A DNA stretch of 63,828 nt, counting the filler, from Sphacelaria rigidula (taxonomy: Eukaryota), in assembly GCA_964200075.2 (NCBI GenBank). It is 3 parts of 3 records of this genome, joined end to end, with 100 filler letters (N's around TTAATTAATTAA, not from the genome) between each part and the next. Parts side by side here need not be neighbours in the genome. Positions count along the whole stretch, not along the records: positions 21,323 to 42,544 come from CAXNAA020000453.1; positions 42,645 to 63,828 come from CAXNAA020000456.1; 1 more part is not named here. One strand, written 5' to 3'. The notes beneath the pieces are model-generated. The model was not told the origin of the DNA and did not search any database. It saw only the letters and a list, made by a program, of their open reading frames with translations. This document shows positions 34,901-46,100 of this stretch, piece by piece. The translations under genes were made by a program, and so were the position numbers. How positions within the stretch are numbered: position 1 is the stretch's first letter; each line of letters opens with the position of its first letter.

Positions 34901-37900
34901 TGGACGTCAAAGATTGATACAAAAAAAAGGTATCTTTTACCGGTGATGTATCAAAATGAATCCAAAAGCTTGGCACAAAAACGTAATTCTCTGGCTGGTG
35001 ACTATGCTAACGACCACCGGGTAAGTTGCGAAGACCAAAATTCTGACTGCATGAGACGTGTACCTTGGGGAAACATCCTCCCACATCGGCTCCGAGCCCC
35101 TGTACACCTGTAACACCAACCGAGCGTTGGCCTGAATCATCTCGGACAATGGTCGGTACCCCTCCATGGGGTAGCGAAATGGCGATCGCCCAATATTGAT
35201 GACCATGGACTCGCCACTGACGCAGCTGAGGGCAGGCATGAGCCCCTCCCATCGACGCTTCCGCCGGTCAGGATTGGTACCCGGGTCACCGAGCACGACC
35301 CGAGGGGAGAGCCCCCAGGCCGCCCCATCCCTCGGAACGCATACACCCATCTCCTTCACGAGAACAAGCTCGCTGCAATGAGCCTGTTTCCCGCCAGCGC
35401 CGCCACTGTTGCGGTCCCCATGGCGTCCTCGCTTTCCTCCTGCCGTGAGCACGACGACCTGGAGCCACAGTCATTTTCAATACGCGGTGACGTCATCATC
35501 CATTCGACGAACCCCAGACTCGTCGCTTCCCGAAACGAAACAAGTGCATTCGTATGGTAGCGCGGTTGACATAAAATCTATCAGCGGCGCTCTTGATCAT
35601 GCACGCGGTACGAGCTGGGGCAGCTTAAAAGCGGCTAAAAGTTGCCCACATCACAGCTTTCCCAGTTTCCCGAATGCACCCGACGCAAGCATATATATCA
35701 CTGTGAACTGCAGACCCGCGATCTGTGGAGGCAAAGAGGTGCCCGTCTCAGGTGTTTTGTATGACCTTTTCAAGTAGAACAGGGCTTGATCACAACCGCT
35801 AGGAGGAAAAAGTGCGCAGAGAATGTCGAGACCAGAATAAGGGCACTAAAACAATCACGTCGGACCTGATTGTTGCTGCACAAAGACCGTTGGCACACAA
35901 ACAAGTATGATGTTTCACCATAAGCACGCCGTCTGCGACGAAACCCGGCACACATGTGTAGCATGTTACATCATGTACCGTAGGCCACCCTCGAGTAGGC
36001 CATGAGGTGCCGGTCCCAATCGAAATCAAAAGTCTACACTAGCCAAGTTCGTGTCTATGTCATATCGAGTAATTTGGATCTGCTACTGCAAGCTGTACGT
36101 TCGGTGCCGCCACGCCGACAATATTTCCGTGATGCAGGTGACTAAATAAACAAGCGTTCGATAAAAAATGAGGCTTCGTACCTTCCGCTTCTTCTCACGG
36201 CATCTACGCGCGCGTCGTCTCGAAGAGCACATAAGTGGAAATTCGATCCACGTACTGAATGGAATTGCGCGAATGCGCCCTCCTAATCCTTGTCAAACTT
36301 GTATCGATAAAACGGGGGTCGTGACATGTCCAAGTAGAATCAAATGTTACGACGCAAAAACAGAAACAAAAAAATGCCCAACCGGCAACACACACAAAAT
36401 AAAAACGGCAGAAGTAGCACGACTGGAGGTATCGTCGACAGCGGATGTGAGCCACGTTTGTGTAGCGTTTCCTTCTGCGTTTCCTTCTATAGGGTCGCAT
36501 GCCGGGTTGTGGTTGATATGCTGCGCTACAGAGGGTGAGGGGGGGGGTGCCCCGCATCGAACATGATACCAAAAGGTAGTATCTTTTACATGACCCGGAG
36601 GTAGGAGCTAGGAATTGCTTCAGACGGAAATCTGAAATCGGGCAAATCTCATCCGCTAAAACACAACACAATGAAAAGGCATTCCCTGAGATCGCGAGTC
36701 GTAGTCATGTTGAGGGACTTACTTCATCGTACATAGTGCCATTCAAACGAACCGTCAAAGTTGAACAGGGACACACTGACCTTACACTTTTGCGGATCTG
36801 CTCCTTTCACTAGCTCCCGTAGCACGCATCGCGCAGCATCATGGCGTGGTGGTTCGGGACACGTGGTGAATACCAGCCCTACTGCCACATATGACTCAGA
36901 CCGCGGCACGGGTGCCCACGCCCACATCGCCTCTCCCGCCGGCCCCGATTGACCCCATAGCGCCGGCGGAAGGGGTACCGGGTCAAACCTTGCAGGCGTT
37001 TGTAACGCGGGGTGCTCCCACGCTGTGAGACACCGCTTGTGGATGGATCCGCGCTCGATGAGCGTGCCGCGGCTGCCGCCACCGCAGGGCTCCTTGGCCT
37101 CACCCTCCACTCTATCAATGCTGTTGTTTTCAACACTACGCGACAAAAACACCGCCGTACCGAGAGGAACCTGACCGGCAGGCAGCAATGGCTCACACAC
37201 GGTAAGGGTCGATGGGCTGGAGCCCGTTTTTATCTCGCGTTCGACTGAAATGCCAGCGACAGCGGATGGTGAAACATCGCCCGACCACAGTCGACGTAGT
37301 CGGCGGGCGAAAATCAACAGCGGTCGGGCAACTGGTTCCGCGAGCCTCGCGGCGTACTCTGCAGCCATGAGGACTTCGAGTCGCCGGAGTCGAGGCAGCG
37401 TTGGCACTTGAAGACCTTCCATCGTTCCAAGCACGATCATCGCGTGTCTCGCTCGGAAAGGAGGCAGCCGGGTCTGAGCACACGTCACGGGCGTTGAGCG
37501 CAAGCTGTAAAGACCCATGCGACCCACGCGGTCGCCGCGGAAGAAGCGGGGGTTCGAGAACGCGCTCTTTATGCTCAGCACATGACCTTGCGTCGACGAA
37601 CTCGACGTTCCATCAGCGTCAATGCCGGAACCATCTCTCATGAGCCCGGCACCGACGCCAGCACTGTCGTCCATTTGCACACCATGAGGAAGGTGCTGTT
37701 CGCCACTCCCCGGAGTACAGGTAAGCAGGGACTCCCCGGAGCGACGAGCGACAATCTTCAAGGTCATCCATCGACCCCGAAAAGCAGCGGATACCGGGAG
37801 TTTGTATTCAAACCCGCCGGGACCGTCAATGACGACATGCAACACGGACGAGTCGGCGTCATCAGCCTGAGCGGAAGCAGCCGCGTCGTTTTCTGCTTCG

Positions 37901-40265
37901 CCGGCCAGGTTTCCTCCATTGTCGATGTCCTGCCGCTCGGCTCTGCACGGTAAAGTCGATAGATACACATCGAACTCTCCAAGAACGACACCCCATCGCC
38001 AATTCTTCGCACCCGATAATGCACCACCACCCCCGGATCTGCTGGCGATGGACGAGCCATCAACACGCCCATTCGACGTTTCTACGAGGCTCGGTGCGGC
38101 TGGAACGAACAACTCGATCACAAAAGTAATGTCGTCAGCATTCCCAACCTCCACGCTGCGCGTCAGTAAACTGCGCACCGGCCGCTGGCTACTGAGTTTC
38201 GGGATAACAAAGCGTGACGAACCTTCAGTGCCTACAACATCTGCTGCCGCTGCCCTGGCGTAAACAGAGCGTGATAGTGGATCTGTCTCTGAGTAGGGCC
38301 CTTTTTTGTACAAGCCGCGGTCATACATCTCAGTGACGTCGATGCTGTGTCTTGATTTCGGCCCAACCTCGGCATAATCCGTGCCGACCAGAATCTCCTT
38401 GCATGTGGTGTGTTGTACAGGAGGACCACCACCGCCGTTAGCGCTGTTGCTTGTTGACGCCGAACTAGGCACGCGCAGAGAGTCGATGAACACACAGCGT
38501 TCCGGGCCAACCGCCATCCTGACAAAAGGGCACGTGTCCTGCTCCAGTCGCTCCAAAAAGAAGGTGTCAGGATCGACCGCCGAACGCTGGGATACCCAGC
38601 CTTCAGCGGTGCGAAGTCGCGAAAGGCCGCCTGAAGTACGCTCGAACTACCGATGGGTTTGAAATATAGAGAGCAGAAGCAACAGAAATGGATACACACG
38701 GCGGTCGCCTATGGGTAAGCAGACAAAACCACGAGCGTACGCATGTGTACACAACGAATGCACAGACTAGCAGAGGAGAGTGCGCAGTGAACATGTCTTG
38801 ACGTCCGTAGAATCGGCATCAAAGGTAGCCACTGACACTCTCTGTTCCATTATCACGTTTGTGCACGTCGCCCTATACGCACAGGGGGCGAACCGCAACG
38901 CCAAAACGTGTGGTGTAAGACAGGCCGCGCGAACAAAAATATGAAAATTCAGCGGTGGCCGCCTACCTGTGAAATCTGTAGCACTGTTCCTGTCACGAAG
39001 AACTCGACGATGGGAGACGACGGGTCGATAGCAAGGTGGCAGACCAAGCCTTTCGGCGCGATGACGCGCCACCTCCCCGTTTCCCCCCTCCGTGCCTTCA
39101 TGAATGCCGGGCCGAGGTTTCGCCCGTTTTGACTGCGGGGAAAATGGCAGAGTATCGAAGGAAAGATTGGCATAACAATAACTAGATCGCACAGTTTTAC
39201 CGCCGGATATCTTCGCTGGACACAAGCTGACACCAATCACAAATCGGAACGCAGACGCCCACCCCATACGTGGACATGCACCAGATCTATGCCGCCGCAC
39301 CCCATCGTACGTGTGCCACGCATGTGCAAGAATGACGTGTCGGGGTTGGTCAGATCGCCAGGTGTTTCCCATGTCGCTTCACCAGCAGAGCGCCGACTCT
39401 TGTCCCGGTGACGCCAGAAAACCCGAAAAGTCCCGGTCTCTATCCTAGCTAGTATTGCCGCCTGCGATTGTGCATTGTAGCTCGATAAAATGTACGCCTT
39501 ATGTGTTGCTTCGATGCCACATGAGAGGTTTGTGAACTCTCATCCCCCCCGCTGCGCTGCCAAGAGGCTTTCCGGGTCTTCGGTGCCTACCATCATCGCA
39601 AATCCGACGACGCCGGAACCCCGCATCGCCGAGATACCACGGTTTGGGGGAGTCATTCGATCCCATCGCCACCGTTTTTTTTACATATTATTTTCTCCGA
39701 GCTGATGACAGTTATCACGATTTGAATCATGTGAAGATTGGGTAGATATTGGGTTGGGGAATTCGTATCTTCAAGTTCATGACATTTGGAAGGCCGGTGA
39801 TTGGTCGAGGTAATTTTTCGCCGTCAGCACCACTGCCATGGCCTCATATAATAACCCGGTTTTGCGACCTTTTCCTGTTGTCCATGGTGGTCCATACGAT
39901 ACCGTGTACCAGTATGCAACTATTGGACAGGTATTGCGGGGGGGATTTGCTGATGATACAATTTTTTAGCTGTATAGCGTGAACCAGCTCGTCGTTGTCC
40001 CAATACCTCAGAGCATCGCACCGAAATCCCTGGTACCGTACCGTACCGTGCCGTAGAAATACGCGCGCTTTTGTCGCTATGACCAACTACATTCGATCTG
40101 CAATTATACGGTTCAAAATGATAAATTCCATTAACCTTGACAGTGTACAAGTCCCAACACAGCTGTTCGCGTAGATACAGGATAGAAAGCATCGTGTCAA
40201 CAGCTTTTTGATCTCCTGCTTGAGCTTCGGTGCCGACCGCTCCTTCACCTTCTTCGTGAGTATTT
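25831..40265 (-). CDS. Large HECT-domain E3 ubiquitin ligase (HERC/HECTD-like), multi-exon, 5' end unresolved
   Basis: Phase-consistent GT-AG exons: 39132-38967, 38646-36781, 35458-35064, 34086-33676, 33285-30794, 30456-30153, 28937-28682, 28324-28098, 27249-27093, 25941-25831 (TGA), about 2130 codons in total. Tentative upstream exons are 40265-40136 and 39461 to about 39302. HECT motifs: FVGEHAHDAGGPYRESF, FLGRLMGVAIR, LALDLPSIVWKQL, FSWDELEVLVCG, FLRFTWGRSRLP, LPVAHTCF (catalytic Cys near 27133), ERLRYAIHNC. Confidence 0.9.
27093..27249 (-). CDS. HECT ligase exon with the catalytic cysteine
   Basis: FTWGRSRLP...DSYLPVAHTCFWSLELPRYS; cag| acceptor and |GTATGT donor. Confidence 0.9.
28098..28324 (-). 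CDS. HECT ligase exon (N-lobe/C-lobe hinge)
   Basis: VEAIRRGMASVVP...FSWDELEVLVCG...FWDVLRSFSAKEQSLFLR; splice phases fit the neighbouring exons. Confidence 0.9.
28682..28937 (-). CDS. HECT ligase exon (E2-binding region)
   Basis: DDLEAID...DGRRVEL...DVTLENRIELAEM...EFHVP; ccag| acceptor and |GTATGG donor. Confidence 0.88.
30153..30456 (-). CDS. HECT ligase exon (N-lobe)
   Basis: GPYRESF...ELQS...PNP...FLGRLMGVAIR...LDLPSIVWKQL; |GTAAGT donor. Confidence 0.9.
30794..33285 (-). CDS. HECT ligase 2.5-kb exon (SH3-like segment, pre-HECT helices, HECT start)
   Basis: Lies within the 911-aa ORF 30594..33329 and ends at FVGEHAHDAG|G. Phases are consistent. Confidence 0.88.
33676..34086 (-). CDS. 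HECT ligase exon
   Basis: Within ORF 33582..34169; tttccag| acceptor, ends NAQLIR with a |GTATC donor. Phases are consistent. Confidence 0.75.
35064..35458 (-). CDS. HECT ligase exon with a SPRY-like C-terminal motif
   Basis: LMPALSCVSGESMVINIGRSPFRYPMEGYRPL resembles the end of SPRY/B30.2 domains. Phases are consistent. Confidence 0.75.
36781..38646 (-). CDS. HECT ligase 1.9-kb exon (end of an SH3-like segment; Vps62-like motif)
   Basis: Overlaps and extends the 610-aa ORF 36724..38556. Acceptor gtag|TTC; contains GLSRLRTAEGWVS and WAWAPVPRSESYVAVGLVFTTCPEPP...RCVLRELV. Confidence 0.82.
38967..39132 (-). CDS. HECT ligase exon (first half of an SH3-like segment)
   Basis: WRVIAPKGLVCHLAIDPSSPIVEFFVTGTVLQISQ; ttttccccgcag| acceptor and CAG|GTAGG donor. 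Confidence 0.72.
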
Positions 40266-40719
40266 CTACAATCGGTGGTCAGTCATGCTGACGCTGGATT
40301 CCGCGAGAGTGGTTTCAGTGAGGTGAACTCAGCCGAGCGCTGCCCCACGTGAAATATCGGGTTTGCTAGAGCAGTGCAGACAAGTATTCGCGTACCAGAA
40401 GTTCCCGGCCGATCGTGCCGTTGCAAGTCCGATTCCTCCCCCCGCTCCATGCACTAATCATTGTTGTGGAATAGTCAGTAGACACCGTCAGACACTTGTT
40501 CTGTCCCTTGCTTAGTAAGCGAGTCCTGCATCCCGTACGAACGAATCAGTGGATGATGCTGGCTGCACGAGTATGACGTACAAAAAATATACGACGTATC
40601 TTTCTCGTAACTTCCTGCGCGTCTGCTGCTGACGCAGGAGTGTCATATTTTAAGCTCGACGCCCCGGATATACCGGCAGGCTTTCAAATATATATATATA
40701 TATATATATATCCATCATT

Positions 40720-41965
40720 TCGCATTTTTCACCACTTTTGCCGAGTTTTCTCTGACAGCAAGGCATTTTATCCCGCGCTTTCTTTTGCATCGCACGAAGA
40801 AGGCGCAGCGGTAAATTACAGTTCAGGTTTGGGTGTCATCTGATACCTGTGGCGCGTGTTCTGGCCACCGAAAGTCGCTCAAACTGGCCATTTTTCGCGG
40901 GGTGTCGATCCCGAACCATAATAGCCTTTTCAAGATCATGGAAAGCTCCAAACAGGAACCAAAACCACAAAAGCCTGTTGATGATCATGGAAATCGTCAA
41001 ACGGGATTACTTTTGGCGGGATTTTTCTTTCCCGTGTTTCTCTTTGTCGCGTTCTCGATTATTTGGGAGCACGAACACACCGCTTATGCTGCCATTGTCA
41101 CGAGAACATGAGAGCAGAGCAGTTGAAAACAATTCAACATTGCCTTGACCTTAGTCAGCAGCAAACACGAGACCGTGCGATGAGCCTTTGACGAGTCGAA
41201 CAAGGCACAGCGGCACGGCAGCACAGGAATGTTTTGTCGCAAAAACAATCTCCCTGTTTTACAAAAAGGCCCAGCAATGTGGAAGCCACAGTGATGTACA
41301 CAGAACAAGCCAAGCATGTTCCACGCACTCTAATTTTTCGGGAAGTGCCTCCCGTTGTCACGTCTTTGTGGCACGAGAGCTGCTTCGCACTCTGGCACCT
41401 CGGAAATGCCACACATGTCCTACACCAGCGGTTCCGCCGTCCGCCTCCGTCCGAGTTCCCATATTTCCGAACGACATCCGATGACACATGACATGCGATG
41501 TTTGTACAGCCACGATCACTACTGTACATTGAGATACAACGGCCTCTCTTAACCATATATTTTTGGCTTGCGTCACCCCCAGGAGGACCGTACCAACCTC
41601 CCGAAGGGGATCCTTGCATATGCGCATGTATCATTACACATTTTTCACCACTTTTGCCGAGTTTTCTCTGGCAGCAAGGCATTTATCCCGCGCCTTCTTT
41701 TGCAGCGCACGAAGACGGCGCAGCGGTACATTACCGTACAGGTTTGGGTGTCATCTGATACCTGTGGCGTGTTCTGGCCACCGAAAGTCGCTCAAACTGG
41801 CTCCTTTTCGCGGGGTGTCGATCCCGAACCACAAAAGCCTTTTCAAGATCATGGAAAACTTCAAACAGGAACCTGAACCGCAAGCGCCTGTTCAAGATCA
41901 TCGTTCTAACAGAATAACTTTCGGCGGGGTATTTTTCCACCGTGTTTCTCTTTGTCGCGTTCGCC
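40720..41965 (+). repeat. Two ~335-bp direct repeats (40722-41056 and 41639-41962)
   Basis: Both share catttttcaccacttttgccgagttttctctg...ggtttgggtgtcatctgatacctgtggcg...ccgtgtttctctttgtcgcgttc. Confidence 0.88.
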
Positions 41966-42544
41966 TCTCTGAGCTTCTGAAAATGACCGAATGACACCGT
42001 GTCGCCGTACTCTAAAATCAAGTGTGAGCAAATGCTGGCCTCTCAGAGCTTGTGGGAACGCCCTTTAGCCGTACTCTAAAACTGAGTGAAAAAGATGAAA
42101 AAAGTGCACCTGCATCCAAGTAACTGATGACGATTTAACAACAGATTACCTATCATGGCGGTCAAATGGTCAAATTCGTTGCCACTATATGGGTTCTTGG
42201 TTTGCGGGGGCGGTCAGTTCCTCAGGTTCACTTTTGATTGTGATGCATTGTTTTGAGCCTTCGTACATACTCATCATCCATGTTGCTCTTCGGGCTGAAA
42301 ACGAAACGAACAAGAAGTTTTTTTTGAAAATCGAACCGGCATCATGCTCATGAAACAATCAGAAGACACGACAATTTTTTTCCCGCCGCTTTCCATCAAC
42401 CATTTGACAGCGAAAATTAGGCAATCTGTTGAAGTGGCATCAATTTCACTCAATAAAAGTGTCCATGATCCAGATTTGCTACCGTGCTCAGTCCATGAGC
42501 TTACACAACGCACACAGCTATCACCGGTGCTCATATACCCTGGC

Positions 42545-42644
42545 NNNNNNNNNNNNNNNNNNNNNNNNNNNNNNNNNNNNNNNNNNNNTTAATTAATTAA
42601 NNNNNNNNNNNNNNNNNNNNNNNNNNNNNNNNNNNNNNNNNNNN
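42545..42644. other. Artificial assembly gap (44 N + TTAATTAATTAA + 44 N)
   Basis: Identical spacer design to 21223-21322. Confidence 0.97.
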
Positions 42645-43105
42645 GAGAGGCGCCCGCCCGTCCGCAAGAGGGAGGGGGGGATGAGTAGAGACCAGAAAAA
42701 CGACGAAAAAAAGAAACCCCCCCCCCCCCCCCCCCCGCGCGCCCTTCTCGGGACGAGCCCGTAGTTCCAAGGGACCAACGTATATCTTCCCTTACACTTG
42801 CATTTCACCACTAGACCATTATTGAGCACCAAATCAGCACGTCCTTGATACCGCAGGTGAGATATTTTGACGTGTCACGGAAAAACCGTCCCTCTGAGCC
42901 ATAAACCCAACCCTTTCCTACGGTGGTGGTGAGCTGCTACAGACGGTACTTTGTACAGGACACACGGAATTACAAAACAGATGCAGCGAAAAATACTCGA
43001 GCGGTCCCGTGTACTGTGGATTAGTATTGTTATTTGTGATCATTTTATATCCGCGCAATAGCCCAATCTCTCGAACCCGTGGTGTGCATTGTCCGCAGTT
43101 TTCAC

Positions 43106-46100
43106 CTGTAGAAAGGTGTGACCGTAGTGATACAATCCTTGTCCAGAGCGAGCTCTAGCGTGCTAAACCGGGCGTCCAGGACGATGCTATACTCCTGTGG
43201 TTATACGCAGAACGCGACGGGGCAACCGGGAACGCGAGTCAAAACGAGCTCCGCCCTTCTCTAGAGAACGAGAAAAAACAGTTGTGAAGATATGGAACGA
43301 GGCTAAGCAAAGACATCGGCTGGCGATTAACAAGCCTGAAGCCTGCAGTACCCATTCTCCTGGGGGTTATAGTGAGGCGAGGGCAGAGAGCGGTAGACTT
43401 GAGGTGAAGCACACCAGTGCAGACAGATTGCCGAAATAATAATTGATTTGTAGGAGATGGACGTCAATACCAGTGATCTGGGGTCCGCGACAGTGTGCAT
43501 TTTTCAGCTAGATACGAGCAGTGGAAAAAACTGCAGGCAAGAGCGTACTTGTGCAAACACCCTTGTGACTGCGAGAGCCTGGGATCTTCAGTGTAGGAGC
43601 CTCCGTGGGCACACGTCAGGCTACACATATTTGCACCGGCGTACAGCCACCAACAACGTTAATTTTGTGGGTAGCGACACGCTTGATAACTCGGTCACCG
43701 AAACAGGTATGTGCTGCCCATCACATAAAAACGAGGGGATGGCGGTGGAGCTGTACGGTGGGGTTGAGCGACGCGGTTCGATTTCGACTTCCATTGTGAT
43801 AAAAGTTAGCAACACTGAGGGACGGGGTCTACTCATGATCTTGCATGTTGTAGTCATATGACCGTTGAAGCCTCGCATCCCTGAGAAGCCGGGACGGAGC
43901 TCGCCGGGTTTTCGCCGTAACAGGCTCGGAAACAATTACCAAGCGCGAAGCGCCGTCATGTGTTCGGCGAGTGGCACGAAGGGTGCGCTGTATCCTGCTG
44001 ACATTGTTCGGACCGGAGCATACCAAGCATCTTGCATATGAATGACAGCCTCCAGGGAGTTGGTTCATTTTCTGGCATCACCACTTCACGGAAAGCCACG
44101 GGTTACACTGCCTCATGGGTGTCTCAACATCAAGACGCTACGTAGTACGATCCCCTTCGCTCCGGGTTGAAGTTCTTTACCGCGCACAAAATGATTTAAC
44201 TCGACCAATATCGTTGCGACCGCAAAAAAACACAAGCGAGAAAAAAAACGTAACCTGGTTGCCTAGCTTGTGCAGTTAGTGGCGTGTTTTACAGCGTCGT
44301 TGCCAACCGAAGCCAACCCTTCACAAGGGTGGGGGGGAGGGGGGGCGTGCGCGAGATCTTCTTTATGCGATTCAAAGATCGAGACAGTGAGGCCGATGGT
44401 CTAATGCTTTGAAACGACGCTATTCGCGGGACATCAATATTGCACGCACACAACACAACACAAACATCGTTCATCTATTTCTTAGTCCATTTGTAGGATA
44501 TTAGATCTGTACTGTACGGAGCAATTATGTCTAAGGTGTACCGAAGTCAGTATACGTAACCTATGGATGATGGCGCTATCATCTCGAAAGGCCGGAGCAA
44601 CGCAAGGAATGTGATACTCAAAGTGGGTACTCCCTGAGATGGAAATGAATAAATAAACACACCTATCTCGAGCACTGCGCAAGCAGGTGCTGTTCAACTG
44701 ATTTCCACACGCGAAACCACATACTGCATATATTGGCGGGTACCACCCAAGAAAAAGTGATTATTGGCCACAATGACTCGTGATATTGGGTGAGAGACGA
44801 CCGGCTTAAAGAAAAGCACACAAAAAACAAACAAGTTTGCTAGAAGGCATGAAATATATAACAAGTGTAGAGCCACCTGGTTCGTTTCAGCGACGGAATC
44901 GGGAGGAGGTCGGGGGCCGCCGCTTGTGGCCATCCAGTACGTGATGTGGATCAGCCCTCCGTGTGACGTTTTGTCTGGGATAGAACTTATCATATACCTG
45001 CCGGTGAAGGAGGAGCGAGGAGGGGGCGGAGAGGGGGGGGGGGGCGCGGGTGGCGTCAGTAGGCTGGTGAGCGCAACCGATTGAATATCACCGCACGTAC
45101 GGCGACTACGCGGAAGTGCTAAGGTTAATAACTTGTTGATGGGCAGTCTAATTTTCGCCAGGCTTCAGGAGGTAATGCACCCGGGCGTACTCATTCGTTG
45201 CTTGCCTTAGTCATTCGACCATAGACAACGCATCTCTCGAAACGGCGCAAATAAATATAGGAGGAGGGGGAGGCTCTGCGATTGGGAGGGGGATTCAAAG
45301 TGTATCTATGCTGTTCCGGTTTGGTCGATGTTTCGGTTCGCTTCATTTTTTTATGCCGATTCGATCCGCCTCAACGTTTCATGTTTTACATAGCTTCATA
45401 TTTTCGTGTCGGTTCTGTTCGCTTAAGTTCATGTTGATCCGGTTCGGTTTGATTATTCATGTTGATCCGGTTCGGTTTGATTGTTCATGTTGTTCTGGTC
45501 CGGCCAGTTTCCCATGTTTCGGTTCGCTTCGATTGTTGACGTTTCAGTTTGCTTACATGATTCATGTTGTCCCGGTTTAGCCAATATATCATGTTTCGGT
45601 TCGCTTTATATGTTTCTATAGTTCAGTCCGCTTCAATTTCAAATGTTGTTGCGGTTCGCTTCAAAGATATGTGCCGTTTGGGTTCGCTTCAACTCTTCAA
45701 GTTTGGGTTCGCTTCGAATTTCATTTCGTTCTGATTCGCTTCAATGTTTGACGTTCCGCTTCGCTTTTATTCATTATGTTCCGGTTCGATTCAATTCATT
45801 ATGTTCCAGCTCGGCCCATGTTTCGGCTAATAGTTCGGCCTATGTGTCGTTTCGCTCTAATTTCATGATGTTCCGGTTCGGTTCAATTCATGGTATCTTC
45901 CGGCTGGGTCCGGTTCGGCCCATATTTCCTTTCGATTTAATTTCATGTTGTTTCGTTTCGCTGCAATCTTCCACGTTTCGTTTCGCTTCAATCCATGATG
46001 TTCCGGTTCAGCCCATGTTTCCCCTCGCTTCAGTTTTATGATGTTTTGGTTTGGCCCATGTTTCCTTTCGCTTTAGTTTCATATTACGGTTCGCTTCAAT

